A DNA stretch of 64,000 nucleotides from an uncultured Gammaproteobacteria bacterium. GTDB lineage: Bacteria > Patescibacteriota > Patescibacteriia > Magasanikbacterales > GWA2-37-8. Under the pieces are notes generated by a model that saw only the letters and a program-made list of their open reading frames with translations, was not told the origin of the DNA and searched no databases. Below, piece by piece: positions 1-10,208 of this stretch (position 1 is the first letter of the stretch; each line of letters starts with the position of its first letter). The stretch is taken from positions 12,760 to 76,759 of the forward strand of contig CAYOXC010000003.1 in assembly GCA_964407865.1 (NCBI GenBank), given 5' to 3'. The position numbers and the translations under genes are program-made.

Positions 1-297
1 ATAAAAAAATCCCACCCAAGCGACCGCGGCCATTAGACCGCCAATTATTAAAATAGAAAAAATAGCCTTAATGATAGGGTGTTTATTTCTTTTTTGTATT
101 TTTTTCATATTCGGAATCAGCCCCGTATTACCATCTTCATAAATCGCCTTTAGTTCCTTCTCGATTCTTTGAATTTTTCCGCTTTCCAGCTTTTCTCCGG
201 TAATAGTTGCTCTATGTTTACTTGCAGATACTCGGCGGCGTATTGGTTTTTTTTTGCCAACTGGTCTCGCTTTAAACTTTTCGTCATTATTATCCAT
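1..297 (-). CDS. Partial CDS (N-terminal part; continues past the window start): hypothetical membrane-anchored protein with a basic N-terminus
   Basis: Manual minus-strand translation from ATG (297..295) is stop-free to position 1: MDNNDEKFKARPVGKKKPIRRR...IIGGLMAAVAWVGFF. It is absent from the ORF track because it has no stop inside the window. Confidence 0.4.
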   Translation of the reverse strand, partial: MDNNDEKFKARPVGKKKPIRRRVSASKHRATITGEKLESGKIQRIEKELKAIYEDGNTGLIPNMKKIQKRNKHPIIKAIFSILIIGGLMAAVAWVGFFY

Positions 298-322
298 AAT
301 AAAATAATTTTAAATTATATTA

Positions 323-2971
323 TTAATTATTATCTTTTCTCATTAATAAACTCCATATTTCATCTTTGTTCAAATCGATCGGCCCGATAGCTATGCCATT
401 GCTGGCCAAAGTTGTATTATTCCCGTCAGTCCAGTTTGGATGCCATGGTGCTGGATAAATAATTTGGCTTTCAAAAGAAGATTTAACTCCGGACTGTTTT
501 TGCACAACCAGTTGATAGCGAGAAGTAAAATAATTTTCATTTATTATTTTTCGGAATAAGTTATTCTCAGGATTTTGGCTGGGTTCGTCTAATTTAAGCC
601 TAAAAGGAAGCTGGTAGGTAAACTGAACTTGTCGTGTTTCGCCGGGCTCTAAAATTAGCCAATTACCAAATGCAGTTTTGCCAAATTCTTCAGTTATTCT
701 AGTACCAGACTGAGCATCAATTCTTATTTCTTTTTCAATGGCTAGCAAAAATTCGTCTTTGACGCTACCAGTTAAAGGAGCGCGAAATTTTCGTTCATCC
801 GGCCAGGTAAAACCGCCAGCGTTAATTAATTCACTGCCTTTTGGCACGTAAACGCGAATATAATTTATATTTGTTGATCCGTAAAGTTTTTGTGAAGGGT
901 CGCCAGTATGTTCCCGCGTGATAACAACAGTATCAATTATTGAGCCGTCATCAGTGACAACAACCTCATGATTAATTGTTTGTTTTATTTGTGCATCTGA
1001 TTTTTGTCCTTGTATGTTTGTGTTTACTACCATTAGGTAATCCTGCTCTGGTTTAATAGGTAAAATCTGACCGCTCCAGCCAAAACTTTTTATTGTATCT
1101 TCTGTTTCTTTATCAGTAAAATAGGCCTGTACCTCTTTGCCTTCCAAAGCTTCAGCCAAATTAACCATAAGCGGCATGGTTTTACTTGGGCTAGCGCTAA
1201 AAATATAGCTGATAATTTGCGGCGCTAGATCAGTAATAATTTGTTTTGGCCTGTTGTCAGCTTTTTCCGGACCTTCTTCAACAATATGCTGTATTTGAGT
1301 TATGGCAGTAGAAGAGGTTAGAGTAATTGAACGGGTTTCATCTGTAATCGGACCGAGTATGGCAATCAGCCGTTCCAGAACAGTGGCGTTAATAGCCAGT
1401 ACTCCGTCAGCTGTAATTTGACGCGCATGGCGGTAGAACCAGAGCATTTTTTCCGCGCTAGTAGGAAAATCAGCAAACCAATTTGCATCTTGAAATTCCC
1501 AACGGCGGTTAGTTAAAAGAAGCGGTACGGGTGGTTCAACAGAAACATCCAACTGGCCTTGTAGGTCATAGGATCCTCCAGGTGGTATATTTAAACCGAC
1601 TATTTTTCCGTCTTTAATATCAATTAGGGCAAAGCTGCCCAAAAATCCTCCGCTTGGCCTGATTTCATGCGGGTTTTGAAAAACTACGAGATAGCGTCTG
1701 TAGCCATTGCCGCCAAAAATTTCATCCACCACCTTTCCCAAATCAATAATATTATTCAAATCATCAAGAACCGCGGCAAAGAGTATGCGAAAATCTTTGA
1801 ATGCAGCTTGGTATTCAAAAGGCAGCACTTTTTCATCTACTGAACTAAGATCTTCAAGAGCATCGTTGTAGTTGGGCGTTGCTGCTTCTAAAAATTGAGT
1901 TAATATTTTAATTCGTTGAGTTAAAGTTTCGTTATTGTTTGTCTGGCTTTCACTGATGCCTTGTATCAAATATTGATTACCCAGTGCAATTTTTTGACCG
2001 GCAGTAATTAATTTTTGCCGCGATTGTACTTCGTTGGAGAGAATTGGTACGGCTGAAACGATTTTTTGCAGAAGTCGATGGTTGTCCTGTATAGCCTGAA
2101 TGGCGTTTTCAAATTTTTTTAGAGCTTCTGCCACTGAATGTTCAGCACTCATGATATCTGCCGAAAGAATTGCAGCAGTGGATTCTTGTAGCGCCATAAA
2201 ACCTTGTGTACCCTCGGCGGCAATTTCGCTAGTCGTTATTTTGACTGATTGGTAGTAGGAGTGTGCTTGAAAGGGGATAATACAGATAAATAAAAATACG
2301 GCTGTTCGCCAAGATAATTTAAAAATTAAATTTTTTAGCGGTAAAGTCGGCTCTGTTTTTATTTTGTTGCTCGCTATATTTTCAGCACTATCATCAATAT
2401 CAAAAATTGTTAAATCAATAATTGGTTCCGGAGTTATTTTATCGACCGATTCGTTAATCGTTTTATTTTTAACTGTTATATTAGTTTTTTCTATACTTTC
2501 CTCACGGAGAATTTTTTCCGCGATCGGCGCTTTAGCTGTTTCGACCTGGTTTTTTTTCATAGCTCGTTCCATACGAGCCATTTCTTTTGCTGCTTTTCGG
2601 CCTTCCTGCCATGAGTCAATACGGGAGAAAATATAATTTCTTAAAAAATCTTTTTTTGGTTTTAAATTTACCTTTGTTGCTATTATTACTTCTTTTGTTA
2701 TTTTTTGTTTTGTTTCTAGTTCTTGTGCTTGGCTGTTTTCAGGAGAAAAAGTTGCAATTTCTGACCAAGGATTATTATTTTGTTTGAGGTCCACAACATA
2801 GGGTGAGCGTATCGCTTGTTTTTTTTCATATAGAACCATTTTAATCGCTGATTTTTTCGGCGCTTCTTCCGTTTTTTGAGTAGCTAAAAATATCGGGCAG
2901 CGTGCTTTGTTGTGGCCCGGTTTGTGGCAGATAGTGCAAGCTCTAAGTTGAGGGCGTCGTCTTTTTTTCAT
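323..2971 (-). CDS. Large membrane protein with a DUF4012-like central domain and an N-terminal CCHC zinc-knuckle-like motif
   Basis: 882-aa ORF. The N-terminus is ...CTICHKPGHNKARCP. One TM segment follows. The block YLVVFQNPHEIRPSGGFLGSFALIDIKDGKIVGLNIPPGGSYDLQ is typical of the DUF4012 family found next to cell-wall glycosylation genes. Confidence 0.55.
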   Translation of the reverse strand: MKKRRRPQLRACTICHKPGHNKARCPIFLATQKTEEAPKKSAIKMVLYEKKQAIRSPYVVDLKQNNNPWSEIATFSPENSQAQELETKQKITKEVIIATKVNLKPKKDFLRNYIFSRIDSWQEGRKAAKEMARMERAMKKNQVETAKAPIAEKILREESIEKTNITVKNKTINESVDKITPEPIIDLTIFDIDDSAENIASNKIKTEPTLPLKNLIFKLSWRTAVFLFICIIPFQAHSYYQSVKITTSEIAAEGTQGFMALQESTAAILSADIMSAEHSVAEALKKFENAIQAIQDNHRLLQKIVSAVPILSNEVQSRQKLITAGQKIALGNQYLIQGISESQTNNNETLTQRIKILTQFLEAATPNYNDALEDLSSVDEKVLPFEYQAAFKDFRILFAAVLDDLNNIIDLGKVVDEIFGGNGYRRYLVVFQNPHEIRPSGGFLGSFALIDIKDGKIVGLNIPPGGSYDLQGQLDVSVEPPVPLLLTNRRWEFQDANWFADFPTSAEKMLWFYRHARQITADGVLAINATVLERLIAILGPITDETRSITLTSSTAITQIQHIVEEGPEKADNRPKQIITDLAPQIISYIFSASPSKTMPLMVNLAEALEGKEVQAYFTDKETEDTIKSFGWSGQILPIKPEQDYLMVVNTNIQGQKSDAQIKQTINHEVVVTDDGSIIDTVVITREHTGDPSQKLYGSTNINYIRVYVPKGSELINAGGFTWPDERKFRAPLTGSVKDEFLLAIEKEIRIDAQSGTRITEEFGKTAFGNWLILEPGETRQVQFTYQLPFRLKLDEPSQNPENNLFRKIINENYFTSRYQLVVQKQSGVKSSFESQIIYPAPWHPNWTDGNNTTLASNGIAIGPIDLNKDEIWSLLMRKDNN

Positions 2972-3043
2972 GCTGTTAAGGTCGGATACACGTCCATAAG
3001 ATTAAAAAACGCGTATGTGAATACCGTTTTTCCGTTTACATTA

Positions 3044-4195
3044 TTATAGCATTTTTTTATAGATGTCTGAAGTATCTTTTACTGTTTTTTTCCAGGAAAA
3101 ATTGTGGATAAGTTGTGCACAATTTTTGTTCAGGTTTTGGCGCAGTTTTTCGTCAGTTAGCACCTTCCAGATCGCATTAGTTATTTCATGAATATCGGAC
3201 GGATTGAAATAATAGGCTGCATTACCCAGTACTTCTGGCAAGCTTCCGGCTTGTGACGATGCCACTGGTACGCCGTATTGCATTGCTTCAAGTGGTGGTA
3301 GGCCAAAACCTTCGTAAAATGAAGGAAAAACATAGAGTGAAGCATTTTGGTAAAGTGTTGGTAGTTCTTCATCTGATACAAAGCCGGTAAAAATTACATT
3401 TTGTTTTTCAGTATTTTTTTCTTGCATCTCATAGACATACTTCTTCAATTTTTTATAGAAGTAATTATTTCTGCCGACCATAACTAGTTTATAGTTATCC
3501 CCATGTGTATCGCAAAATATTTTCCAGGCATCAATTAAACCCTTTAAGTTTTTGTGCGGATAAGCGACGCCGACGTAAAGAATATATGGTTTGGCAATTT
3601 TATATTTGTTCAAAATATTTTTTTCTGAGTTCGGAGTTTGGAGATCCAAGTTTGGTACAGGCGCTAGATGAATAGCGGTAATTTTTTCTGCGGATATTTT
3701 AAAAGTTTCAATAATATCTTTTTTGGTAAATTCGCTTGGCGTGATAATGTGCTTCGATTTTTTTATGGCATGGTTTAGAACAGCGCGATAAATAATATTT
3801 TTGAAAAAATAACTAATTGGACCAAGTGTGCTTGCCTCGCGAGTGGGATAATGCAATAAAAGTAAATCATGAATAGTGACGATAAATGGTTTGTTATAAA
3901 AAATCGGAATATTCCAGTGGGGGAAATGCATTAAATCAATTTTTTCTTTTTTTATTATTTTTGACAGAATCACCTGCTCTCTCCAGCCGTACCAGGGAAT
4001 ATCTGCTAATACTTTTTTTATTTTTGACGATTCAGGTACGAGGTTCCAGTTGTCTTTGCGCAAAAAGACAACAAGACGCGTTGGGTTGCCATGGTGAGGC
4101 GTATTTATATCAAAGTGTTTAACGAGTTGTTCAACGTACCGTCCAATACCGCCCTGTTTCGGGCCAAGCATCCGGGCATCAATACCTATGTTCAT
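3044..4195 (-). CDS. Glycosyltransferase family 4 (GT-B, GT1-like)
   Basis: 383 aa; C-terminal EGFGLPPLEAMQYGVPV motif of retaining GT4 enzymes. Confidence 0.8.
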   Translation of the reverse strand: MNIGIDARMLGPKQGGIGRYVEQLVKHFDINTPHHGNPTRLVVFLRKDNWNLVPESSKIKKVLADIPWYGWREQVILSKIIKKEKIDLMHFPHWNIPIFYNKPFIVTIHDLLLLHYPTREASTLGPISYFFKNIIYRAVLNHAIKKSKHIITPSEFTKKDIIETFKISAEKITAIHLAPVPNLDLQTPNSEKNILNKYKIAKPYILYVGVAYPHKNLKGLIDAWKIFCDTHGDNYKLVMVGRNNYFYKKLKKYVYEMQEKNTEKQNVIFTGFVSDEELPTLYQNASLYVFPSFYEGFGLPPLEAMQYGVPVASSQAGSLPEVLGNAAYYFNPSDIHEITNAIWKVLTDEKLRQNLNKNCAQLIHNFSWKKTVKDTSDIYKKML

Positions 4196-4201
4196 ATAAT
4201 T

Positions 4202-5368
4202 TTATAAACTTTTAGCTGATAAAAGCCATTCTTTGGCTGCTTTTTCCCAACTGAATTTTACCGCTTGTTCGCGTCCATTTTTTATATACAAATCGCGTAA
4301 AGCGGGTTTAGTTAGTATTTCATCAATGGCAATGGTAATTTGTTCGGGCCTAGTCGGATCGATTAGATATGCAGCAGAGCCAACGATTTCAGGGAGAGAG
4401 GAGCGGTTGGAAGTGATAACAGGCGTATCGGCGGCCATGGCTTCAAGCACGGGAAAGCCAAAACCTTCATATAAGCTTGGGTAAATAAATAATTCAGCTC
4501 CAGCATAAAGCGCCGGTTTGTCATTCGGCTCGACAAAGCCGATAAATTTAATTTTATCATTACGGCTAGATTTTTTTGCCCGTTCAAAAATCTCCTCGTT
4601 TTTCCAACCTGGAGCACCAGCGATAATCAAGTATATGTTGCTGGTAATTTTTTCAAAGGCCTCAATTAATCCAATAATATTTTTTCTAGGCTCTATCGTT
4701 CCCAGAAATAATATGTAGCTTTCCGGAAGATTATACTTCTTTTTTATCTCAGCAGTTCGAAATCCGGAATTCGGAAACTGTTTTACCCCCGGATAAATAA
4801 CTTTTATTTTTTCTGGCGAAATTTTGTAATAATCAACAATGTCTCGTTTGGTATTTTCCGATGGGGTGAGAATGGTATCAGCTCGTTCACATTGATTTTT
4901 TGGAGCAATAATTTTGTGCCACCAATATTGCTTGGCGGTTGAAAATTTCGGAAAAAGCAGAAAAGATAAATCGTGTATAGTTAAAATAAATTTTGTTTTG
5001 CGCGAAAGAGCTGTGAAATTTAAGTTTGGGGCGAAAAATATGTCTAGAGTTTGGAGTTTGGAGTCTGGAGTTAGCCGATCTAGTCGTGGTCTGCCAAGGA
5101 TGCGTATCGATCCATTGTGCAGTTTGTTTGGATAATGTTTATCGATTATTTTTACGTTTTCATAATTCCATTCGGGAATATTTTTTGAAACATCGTTCCA
5201 GGAATTATAAAATAAAAAATATTGATTTTCGCGATCAATTCTAAATATTGCATCTAAAAGTTCAAAAGTGTATTCACCCACCCCAGTGCGTGGAGTTGTC
5301 ATCAGGGGTCGAATATCAATCCCTATGTTCATAATAATTAGAGCTTCGTGCTTTGAAATATTTTCCAT
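4202..5368 (-). CDS. Glycosyltransferase family 4
   Basis: 388 aa; EGFGFPVLEAMAADTPVI motif. Confidence 0.8.
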   Translation of the reverse strand: MENISKHEALIIMNIGIDIRPLMTTPRTGVGEYTFELLDAIFRIDRENQYFLFYNSWNDVSKNIPEWNYENVKIIDKHYPNKLHNGSIRILGRPRLDRLTPDSKLQTLDIFFAPNLNFTALSRKTKFILTIHDLSFLLFPKFSTAKQYWWHKIIAPKNQCERADTILTPSENTKRDIVDYYKISPEKIKVIYPGVKQFPNSGFRTAEIKKKYNLPESYILFLGTIEPRKNIIGLIEAFEKITSNIYLIIAGAPGWKNEEIFERAKKSSRNDKIKFIGFVEPNDKPALYAGAELFIYPSLYEGFGFPVLEAMAADTPVITSNRSSLPEIVGSAAYLIDPTRPEQITIAIDEILTKPALRDLYIKNGREQAVKFSWEKAAKEWLLSAKSL

Positions 5369-6438
5369 TTCTCTTCGACAAATCTTTTCATCTTATCTTT
5401 AAAAATAGGCGTGTCAAATTTCAGAGCGTGTTCATGTATCTGATTGCTGTCCCAGTTTTCATGATTGAATTTAAGCAGAATATTATATAGTGACTCCCAA
5501 TTTTGTTTATTAAAAAACAAACCTGTTTGTCCTTCAATAATAGTTTCTGTAGCACCGCCTTTTTTGTAAGCAATTACCGGCCGACCGGCAGCCATAGCCT
5601 CAAGGGCGGTTAATCCAAAATCTTCAAGCTGTGGATTTATAAAAGCTCGAGCCCGGCTATATAGATTTCTTTTTTCTATTTCATCTATAGCGCCTAAAAA
5701 TTGGATATTGGATTTTGCTCGGCGTTTTAGTTTATTGAGTTCTGGACCGATTCCAAAAATTTTTATCGGCCATTTTAGGCGGTTAAAAGCCGAAACAATT
5801 AAATCAAAACGTTTGTAGGGCACAATTCGACCGCCAGCAAGAAAAAATTCGCCAGTTGGTTCAGGTGTAAAATTTTTGGCTTCAACCGGAGGGTGAATTA
5901 CTTCTGCATCGCGTCGATAGTATTTGTTTATTCTTTGGCGAACTGTTTCGGAATTTGCAATAAAATAATCAACTCTATCAGTACTTGATTTATCCCAAAG
6001 GCGTAGGCGATGTAGTAAATCCGGTAGTATTAACTTAACCAAGGTATTTCGCTTGAGCGAAGAAATATAACTAACTGTATCTGACCAAAGGTACCTCGGT
6101 GGGGTATGACAATAGCTTACATGCATCGTTTTAGGTAATTTGTTGACGCCTTTAGCAAAGGCGCTGGTCGAAGAGAGGATTACGTCAAATTCATTTAAAT
6201 CATATTTTTCAGTCGCTTTTGGCATTAGAGGCAGATACCAGGTATAGGCACTGCGTATAAAGGGAAAGCGAGATAGAAAAGATTGGTGTATTTTTTCTTC
6301 AGGAATATATTTAATTTTTTTTGGATCATGAAATAAAACAAAAATTGGCGCCTCAGGCCAAGTTTCGTGGAGGGTTTTAAGAACTCTTTCCGCCCCTCCA
6401 TCTTGCGAAAGATAATCGTGAACAAGTGCAATTTTCAT
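5338..6438 (-). CDS. Glycosyltransferase family 4
   Basis: 366 aa; EDFGLTALEAMAAGRPVIAYKKGG motif; overlaps the upstream GT gene by 31 nt, consistent with an operon. Confidence 0.8.
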   Translation of the reverse strand: MKIALVHDYLSQDGGAERVLKTLHETWPEAPIFVLFHDPKKIKYIPEEKIHQSFLSRFPFIRSAYTWYLPLMPKATEKYDLNEFDVILSSTSAFAKGVNKLPKTMHVSYCHTPPRYLWSDTVSYISSLKRNTLVKLILPDLLHRLRLWDKSSTDRVDYFIANSETVRQRINKYYRRDAEVIHPPVEAKNFTPEPTGEFFLAGGRIVPYKRFDLIVSAFNRLKWPIKIFGIGPELNKLKRRAKSNIQFLGAIDEIEKRNLYSRARAFINPQLEDFGLTALEAMAAGRPVIAYKKGGATETIIEGQTGLFFNKQNWESLYNILLKFNHENWDSNQIHEHALKFDTPIFKDKMKRFVEEKWKIFQSTKL

Positions 6439-6441
6439 AAT

Positions 6442-7860
6442 TTACCACGCTCCTTTTCGCCGCAGCACTACAAATGGTGTTTTTATAAGAATAATTAAGT
6501 CAATTAACAAGCTCCATTTTTCAACATAAAAAGCATCAAGTTTTACCTCTTCTTCAAAGGTTAGATTGCTACGACCGGATATTTGAGCCAATCCGGTGAT
6601 GCCAGGTTTTATTGCTAGAACAATTTTTTGGTGTTTTTCGTATTTTTCAACTTCACGCGGTTGATGTGGCCTTGGTCCGACCAAGCTCATGTCACCTTTA
6701 ATTACATTAATAAATTGCGGTAGTTCATCTATGCTAAAGCGGCGGATAAAATGACCAAATTTGGTTACCCTCGGATCGTCGGCAATTTTATAAACAGGCC
6801 CTTCTTTAATACTTTTCTTCCTGATAAGTTCCTCTTCTTTTTTAAGCGCCACTTCTCCGGCATCTCCAAACTGCTCACCGGTACAGTCTTTTTGATGCAT
6901 TGATCTGAATTTATAGGCGAAGAATTTTTTGCCATTAGCGCCAACTCGTTCGTTTTTATAAAAAATCGGACTTCCCGTTTCAAAAAGAATTATTATTGAA
7001 GTTATTAAATAAATTGGAGAGCAAATGATTAATAATATAAAGCCGCCGATAATATCGGCTGTGCGTTTAAAGATGCGACCCCAGCCGGTTAGTCTGGTTC
7101 GACCGAGCTCTATTATCGGTATGCCGGCAACAGTATTGATCGTCATGTTAGCAGAAATAGTTTCAAATAGATCCGCAGAATATTTAAAAATAATATTATT
7201 TTCATTGGCAAATTCAATTGTTTGAATCGCTTCTGACTCGTGCGCTTTTGGGTCTGTAAAAATTATTTCATCAGGCTGTATCCTTCCTATTTCGTTTGCC
7301 GTTGAACGGTCAAAGTGTGAATAAATACCAATTACTTTGTAACCAAAACCTGGCCTCATTAAAAATGCTTCCTTTATTGTGTCAGCAACTGTTTCTGAAC
7401 CAATGATAACAACATTGGATTGACCGATACCAACGCTGTAAAAAAGACGTTTCAGTCCGAGCGTGATTAACCGAATAATTATGACGAAAAAAATTGCCAA
7501 AACCCATCCAGCCAGCACTAGAAAGCGCGAATCAAATCTTTGTAATGTAAAAAAGACATAAATAGTGATACCAGCAAATCCTGTCGAACAAGCAAAAATT
7601 ATACGCCAAAAATCTCGCGCCATTCTGCGCGGCGGATAAGTGTTATATAATCCTGAGAGGGCAAAAATAATTATCCAAGTCGCAGCGACGATTAAAACTA
7701 CCGGCCAAAAATCATCCCAGGTAATATTAAAAACAATCGGCCTAATTGCTTTCATGTACTCGGTATAACGCAGAGAGTAGGCGGTGAAGCCGGCCAATAC
7801 AATAGCCAAATAGTCTAGAGGAACTTGGAAAAAGGCAAAGAACAATTCAAATTTTTTCAT
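6442..7860 (-). CDS. Polyprenyl-phosphate hexose-1-phosphate transferase (WbaP/CpsE-like bacterial sugar transferase)
   Basis: 472 aa. Multiple N-terminal TM helices. C-terminal catalytic region with PIFYKNERVG...KFRSM...DELPQFINVIKGDMSLVGPRP, the hallmark of the bacterial sugar transferase family. Confidence 0.8.
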   Translation of the reverse strand: MKKFELFFAFFQVPLDYLAIVLAGFTAYSLRYTEYMKAIRPIVFNITWDDFWPVVLIVAATWIIIFALSGLYNTYPPRRMARDFWRIIFACSTGFAGITIYVFFTLQRFDSRFLVLAGWVLAIFFVIIIRLITLGLKRLFYSVGIGQSNVVIIGSETVADTIKEAFLMRPGFGYKVIGIYSHFDRSTANEIGRIQPDEIIFTDPKAHESEAIQTIEFANENNIIFKYSADLFETISANMTINTVAGIPIIELGRTRLTGWGRIFKRTADIIGGFILLIICSPIYLITSIIILFETGSPIFYKNERVGANGKKFFAYKFRSMHQKDCTGEQFGDAGEVALKKEEELIRKKSIKEGPVYKIADDPRVTKFGHFIRRFSIDELPQFINVIKGDMSLVGPRPHQPREVEKYEKHQKIVLAIKPGITGLAQISGRSNLTFEEEVKLDAFYVEKWSLLIDLIILIKTPFVVLRRKGAW

Positions 7861-8831
7861 AACAATTCTTTAATTTTATTTTTTATTTGATGCAATACTT
7901 CATCATCATGGTCAGTTTTTATGCCCTCATCAATTTTTTTAACATAAATTGATTCAATTTTATCAGCCAATTTAGATATTGTTTCAATATAAGCAGGTGA
8001 TAAACCCCTGTGATTTTTTGCTTCTTGAACATAAAAATTTAACTGAGCGGTTATCTGCGAAAGCATTAACATTTGTGCCGGATGAGTGGAAATCTGAGTT
8101 TTTAAGGCATCTAATTTTCTACGATCCAGCTCATTTTTTCTTTCTTTTGTTTTTAGGTCTTCTATGTCTGCAGCTTTTTCTACCAGATTCATAGCTGTTG
8201 AACTTTCAAATCCTACAACCAGTGGAATAACATTGTCTAAAGAACCATGGCTTTGATCAATTGGTGATTCAAAATATTTCACTCGACGATCGTTGGAATT
8301 TCTACTAAAGGCCTTGCGACGACAAAGATCTATTTTTTTATTAATTACGTCAGTATTTTTTGCGGATGTGACATCCAAGCTTAAAGCAATTGGATTGTCT
8401 TCTGATCCAAATTGAAGTATCAAATCAACCCCATTAAAATAATCGTCAAATTTTGTCGTTCTTGAAGTATATGCTTCTTCACCAAACCAATCGTAAAGCT
8501 CGCCAAAATCAACAACTAATATTTCCATTGCTTCACTTAATTTTTTGGTAGTTTCACGTTCTTCAGCATCAGTTGGAGACTTTTTTCTTTCTTCTTCCAA
8601 GTTTTCTTGATACCCTGTTTCTTTTTGTGCTACACGAGCAGTATCTTTTTTTATTTCATCTTTTTGATATATATCGCTAAAATCATAAAGATCCGGCCTC
8701 TTTTCGTGGTTTTGAATAATTTTTTCGCACAGTCGATCAATGTGTCTTGCATACATTACCTCTCTTTTTCTTGATACAGGTTCAAATTGCTCCACTTGTT
8801 TATATGCTTCAACTGGACACATATTTAACAT
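7857..8831 (-). CDS. Hypothetical protein, charged/coiled-coil rich
   Basis: 324-aa ORF with 4-nt overlap to the downstream gene; no recognisable motif. Confidence 0.4.
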   Translation of the reverse strand: MLNMCPVEAYKQVEQFEPVSRKREVMYARHIDRLCEKIIQNHEKRPDLYDFSDIYQKDEIKKDTARVAQKETGYQENLEEERKKSPTDAEERETTKKLSEAMEILVVDFGELYDWFGEEAYTSRTTKFDDYFNGVDLILQFGSEDNPIALSLDVTSAKNTDVINKKIDLCRRKAFSRNSNDRRVKYFESPIDQSHGSLDNVIPLVVGFESSTAMNLVEKAADIEDLKTKERKNELDRRKLDALKTQISTHPAQMLMLSQITAQLNFYVQEAKNHRGLSPAYIETISKLADKIESIYVKKIDEGIKTDHDDEVLHQIKNKIKELL

Positions 8832-8865
8832 TCATTAATTGATAATATTTAATATATTTTACGCT

Positions 8866-8935
8866 GTTTTTAGCACACAGTCAAACAGTTTTTAAGATGT
8901 AAAACCGGACGCTTTTTGGGCGTCCGGTAGATGGG
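8866..8935 (-). terminator. Rho-independent terminator downstream of the HD gene
   Basis: Hairpin ccggacgc-ttttt-gggcgtccgg; on the minus strand it is followed by a T-run. Confidence 0.5.
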
Positions 8936-8943
8936 AAGGTGCA

Positions 8944-10014
8944 CTACCAGTTTAGATCTGGGTCGGTAAAGTCAATTTGGCGGTTGCTGATGAAAGGGAT
9001 GATTTCACTGACTGAGAAAGTGCTTAAAATATGAACAACATCTCGGATTTCGGTTTGGTATAAAGTTACCACTTCGTAGTCGGTCATCAGTGCCAATAGC
9101 ACGGCCGGATCAACTTCAGCAACTTTTTCCTTTATCAGTTCGTATGCATTTTCTAACATTGATGGCAATATTCGATGCCGGTTTAATTTCGGATAAACCG
9201 TATACATGGCCTTTTTAAGCAAGGCGAATTTTTGCGCTTCTTCTGATTCAGCGAAGGAAACATATCCTTTTTCTGCTGTTTCTACACAAAGAGCAGCGAC
9301 ACAGCGGCCGGTACGAATGCGTTGGTATGGCCCAAACCATTCAATTAATTCCTGTACATCGGGATAATCTTCAATTTTCAAATAACCGCGTTTGAAGATG
9401 TCGCTCACATCGGAGAAGCAATAGGCGATCTTGTCGGCATACATTACCACATCGGCTTCGGGTGAAACCTGAGAGGTGGTCATCGTTCCCTTGCCCCGTG
9501 AATGCGCGGCGATTCCTTGCAGTGTTTGCATGGTTAGGTTTAGACCGCGTGTTTCTCGTTCAATGTGCTGGGCAATGACACAGGCAAAAATTTCGTGCCG
9601 GAATTTTTTTCCAGTAACGGAAGAAATAAACTCTTCGCCAATATGGCCGAAAGGAGCGTGTCCGATGTCGTGGCCGTATGCACTGGCTTGAGCCAAAGAC
9701 GTGTTCAGACCAAGTGTTTCAGCGATCACGCCGGCAATACTAGCTACTTCAATCGTGTGAATAAGCCTGGTTCGAACGTGGCGATTGGTTTTGGGGTCGG
9801 GAAACACCTGTGTTTTTGTAGCTAAACGGCGGATGGCCTTGCTGTGTTGAATTTTGTATACGTCAAGAATATACTCGCCGCTTATTGGTCCAATGTAGTC
9901 ATCTACATCGACCTCGCTGGAAAATTTTCTTCTTGCTTTATTTGATTTTGTAGCAGAAGAGCCGAGACAACCCTGTACCTCTTTGAATTTATTATAAAGA
10001 GCTTGTTCGTTCAT
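8944..10014 (-). CDS. HD-domain phosphohydrolase, dGTP triphosphohydrolase-like
   Basis: 356 aa; HD motif context HDIGHAPFGH plus a second DK..Y motif, typical of the dGTPase-like HD family. Confidence 0.6.
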   Translation of the reverse strand: MNEQALYNKFKEVQGCLGSSATKSNKARRKFSSEVDVDDYIGPISGEYILDVYKIQHSKAIRRLATKTQVFPDPKTNRHVRTRLIHTIEVASIAGVIAETLGLNTSLAQASAYGHDIGHAPFGHIGEEFISSVTGKKFRHEIFACVIAQHIERETRGLNLTMQTLQGIAAHSRGKGTMTTSQVSPEADVVMYADKIAYCFSDVSDIFKRGYLKIEDYPDVQELIEWFGPYQRIRTGRCVAALCVETAEKGYVSFAESEEAQKFALLKKAMYTVYPKLNRHRILPSMLENAYELIKEKVAEVDPAVLLALMTDYEVVTLYQTEIRDVVHILSTFSVSEIIPFISNRQIDFTDPDLNW

Positions 10015-10099
10015 TTATTCCTCCTTATTGTTCTGGCTTTAAGCTACCAGATGTTCAGCAAATGTCAAGAAACTATATTCAATAGAGCTATTAATAGAT

Positions 10100-10203
10100 T
10101 TTACTGGGTTGACTGCGTACAATCATTTCGCGATCACGCGGTCAATCGCGTAGGCCATTAGGCCTTATACGCGATTGACAAAACCCTTATTTTATGCTAT
10201 ATT
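10100..10203 (+). promoter_or_regulatory. Promoter module for rnpB: nested ACCGCG-containing palindromes followed by a sigma70 -35 TTGACA (10175..10180), a 17-nt spacer and -10 TATATT (10198..10203)
   Basis: TTGACA/17 nt/TATATT ends about 6 nt before the RNase P P1 helix. The upstream part carries ttgactgcgtacaa / cgatcacgcggtcaatcgcgta / ttatacgcgattgacaa palindromes. A second copy of the whole module is at 60176..60275. Confidence 0.6.
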
Positions 10204-10208
10204 TATTA

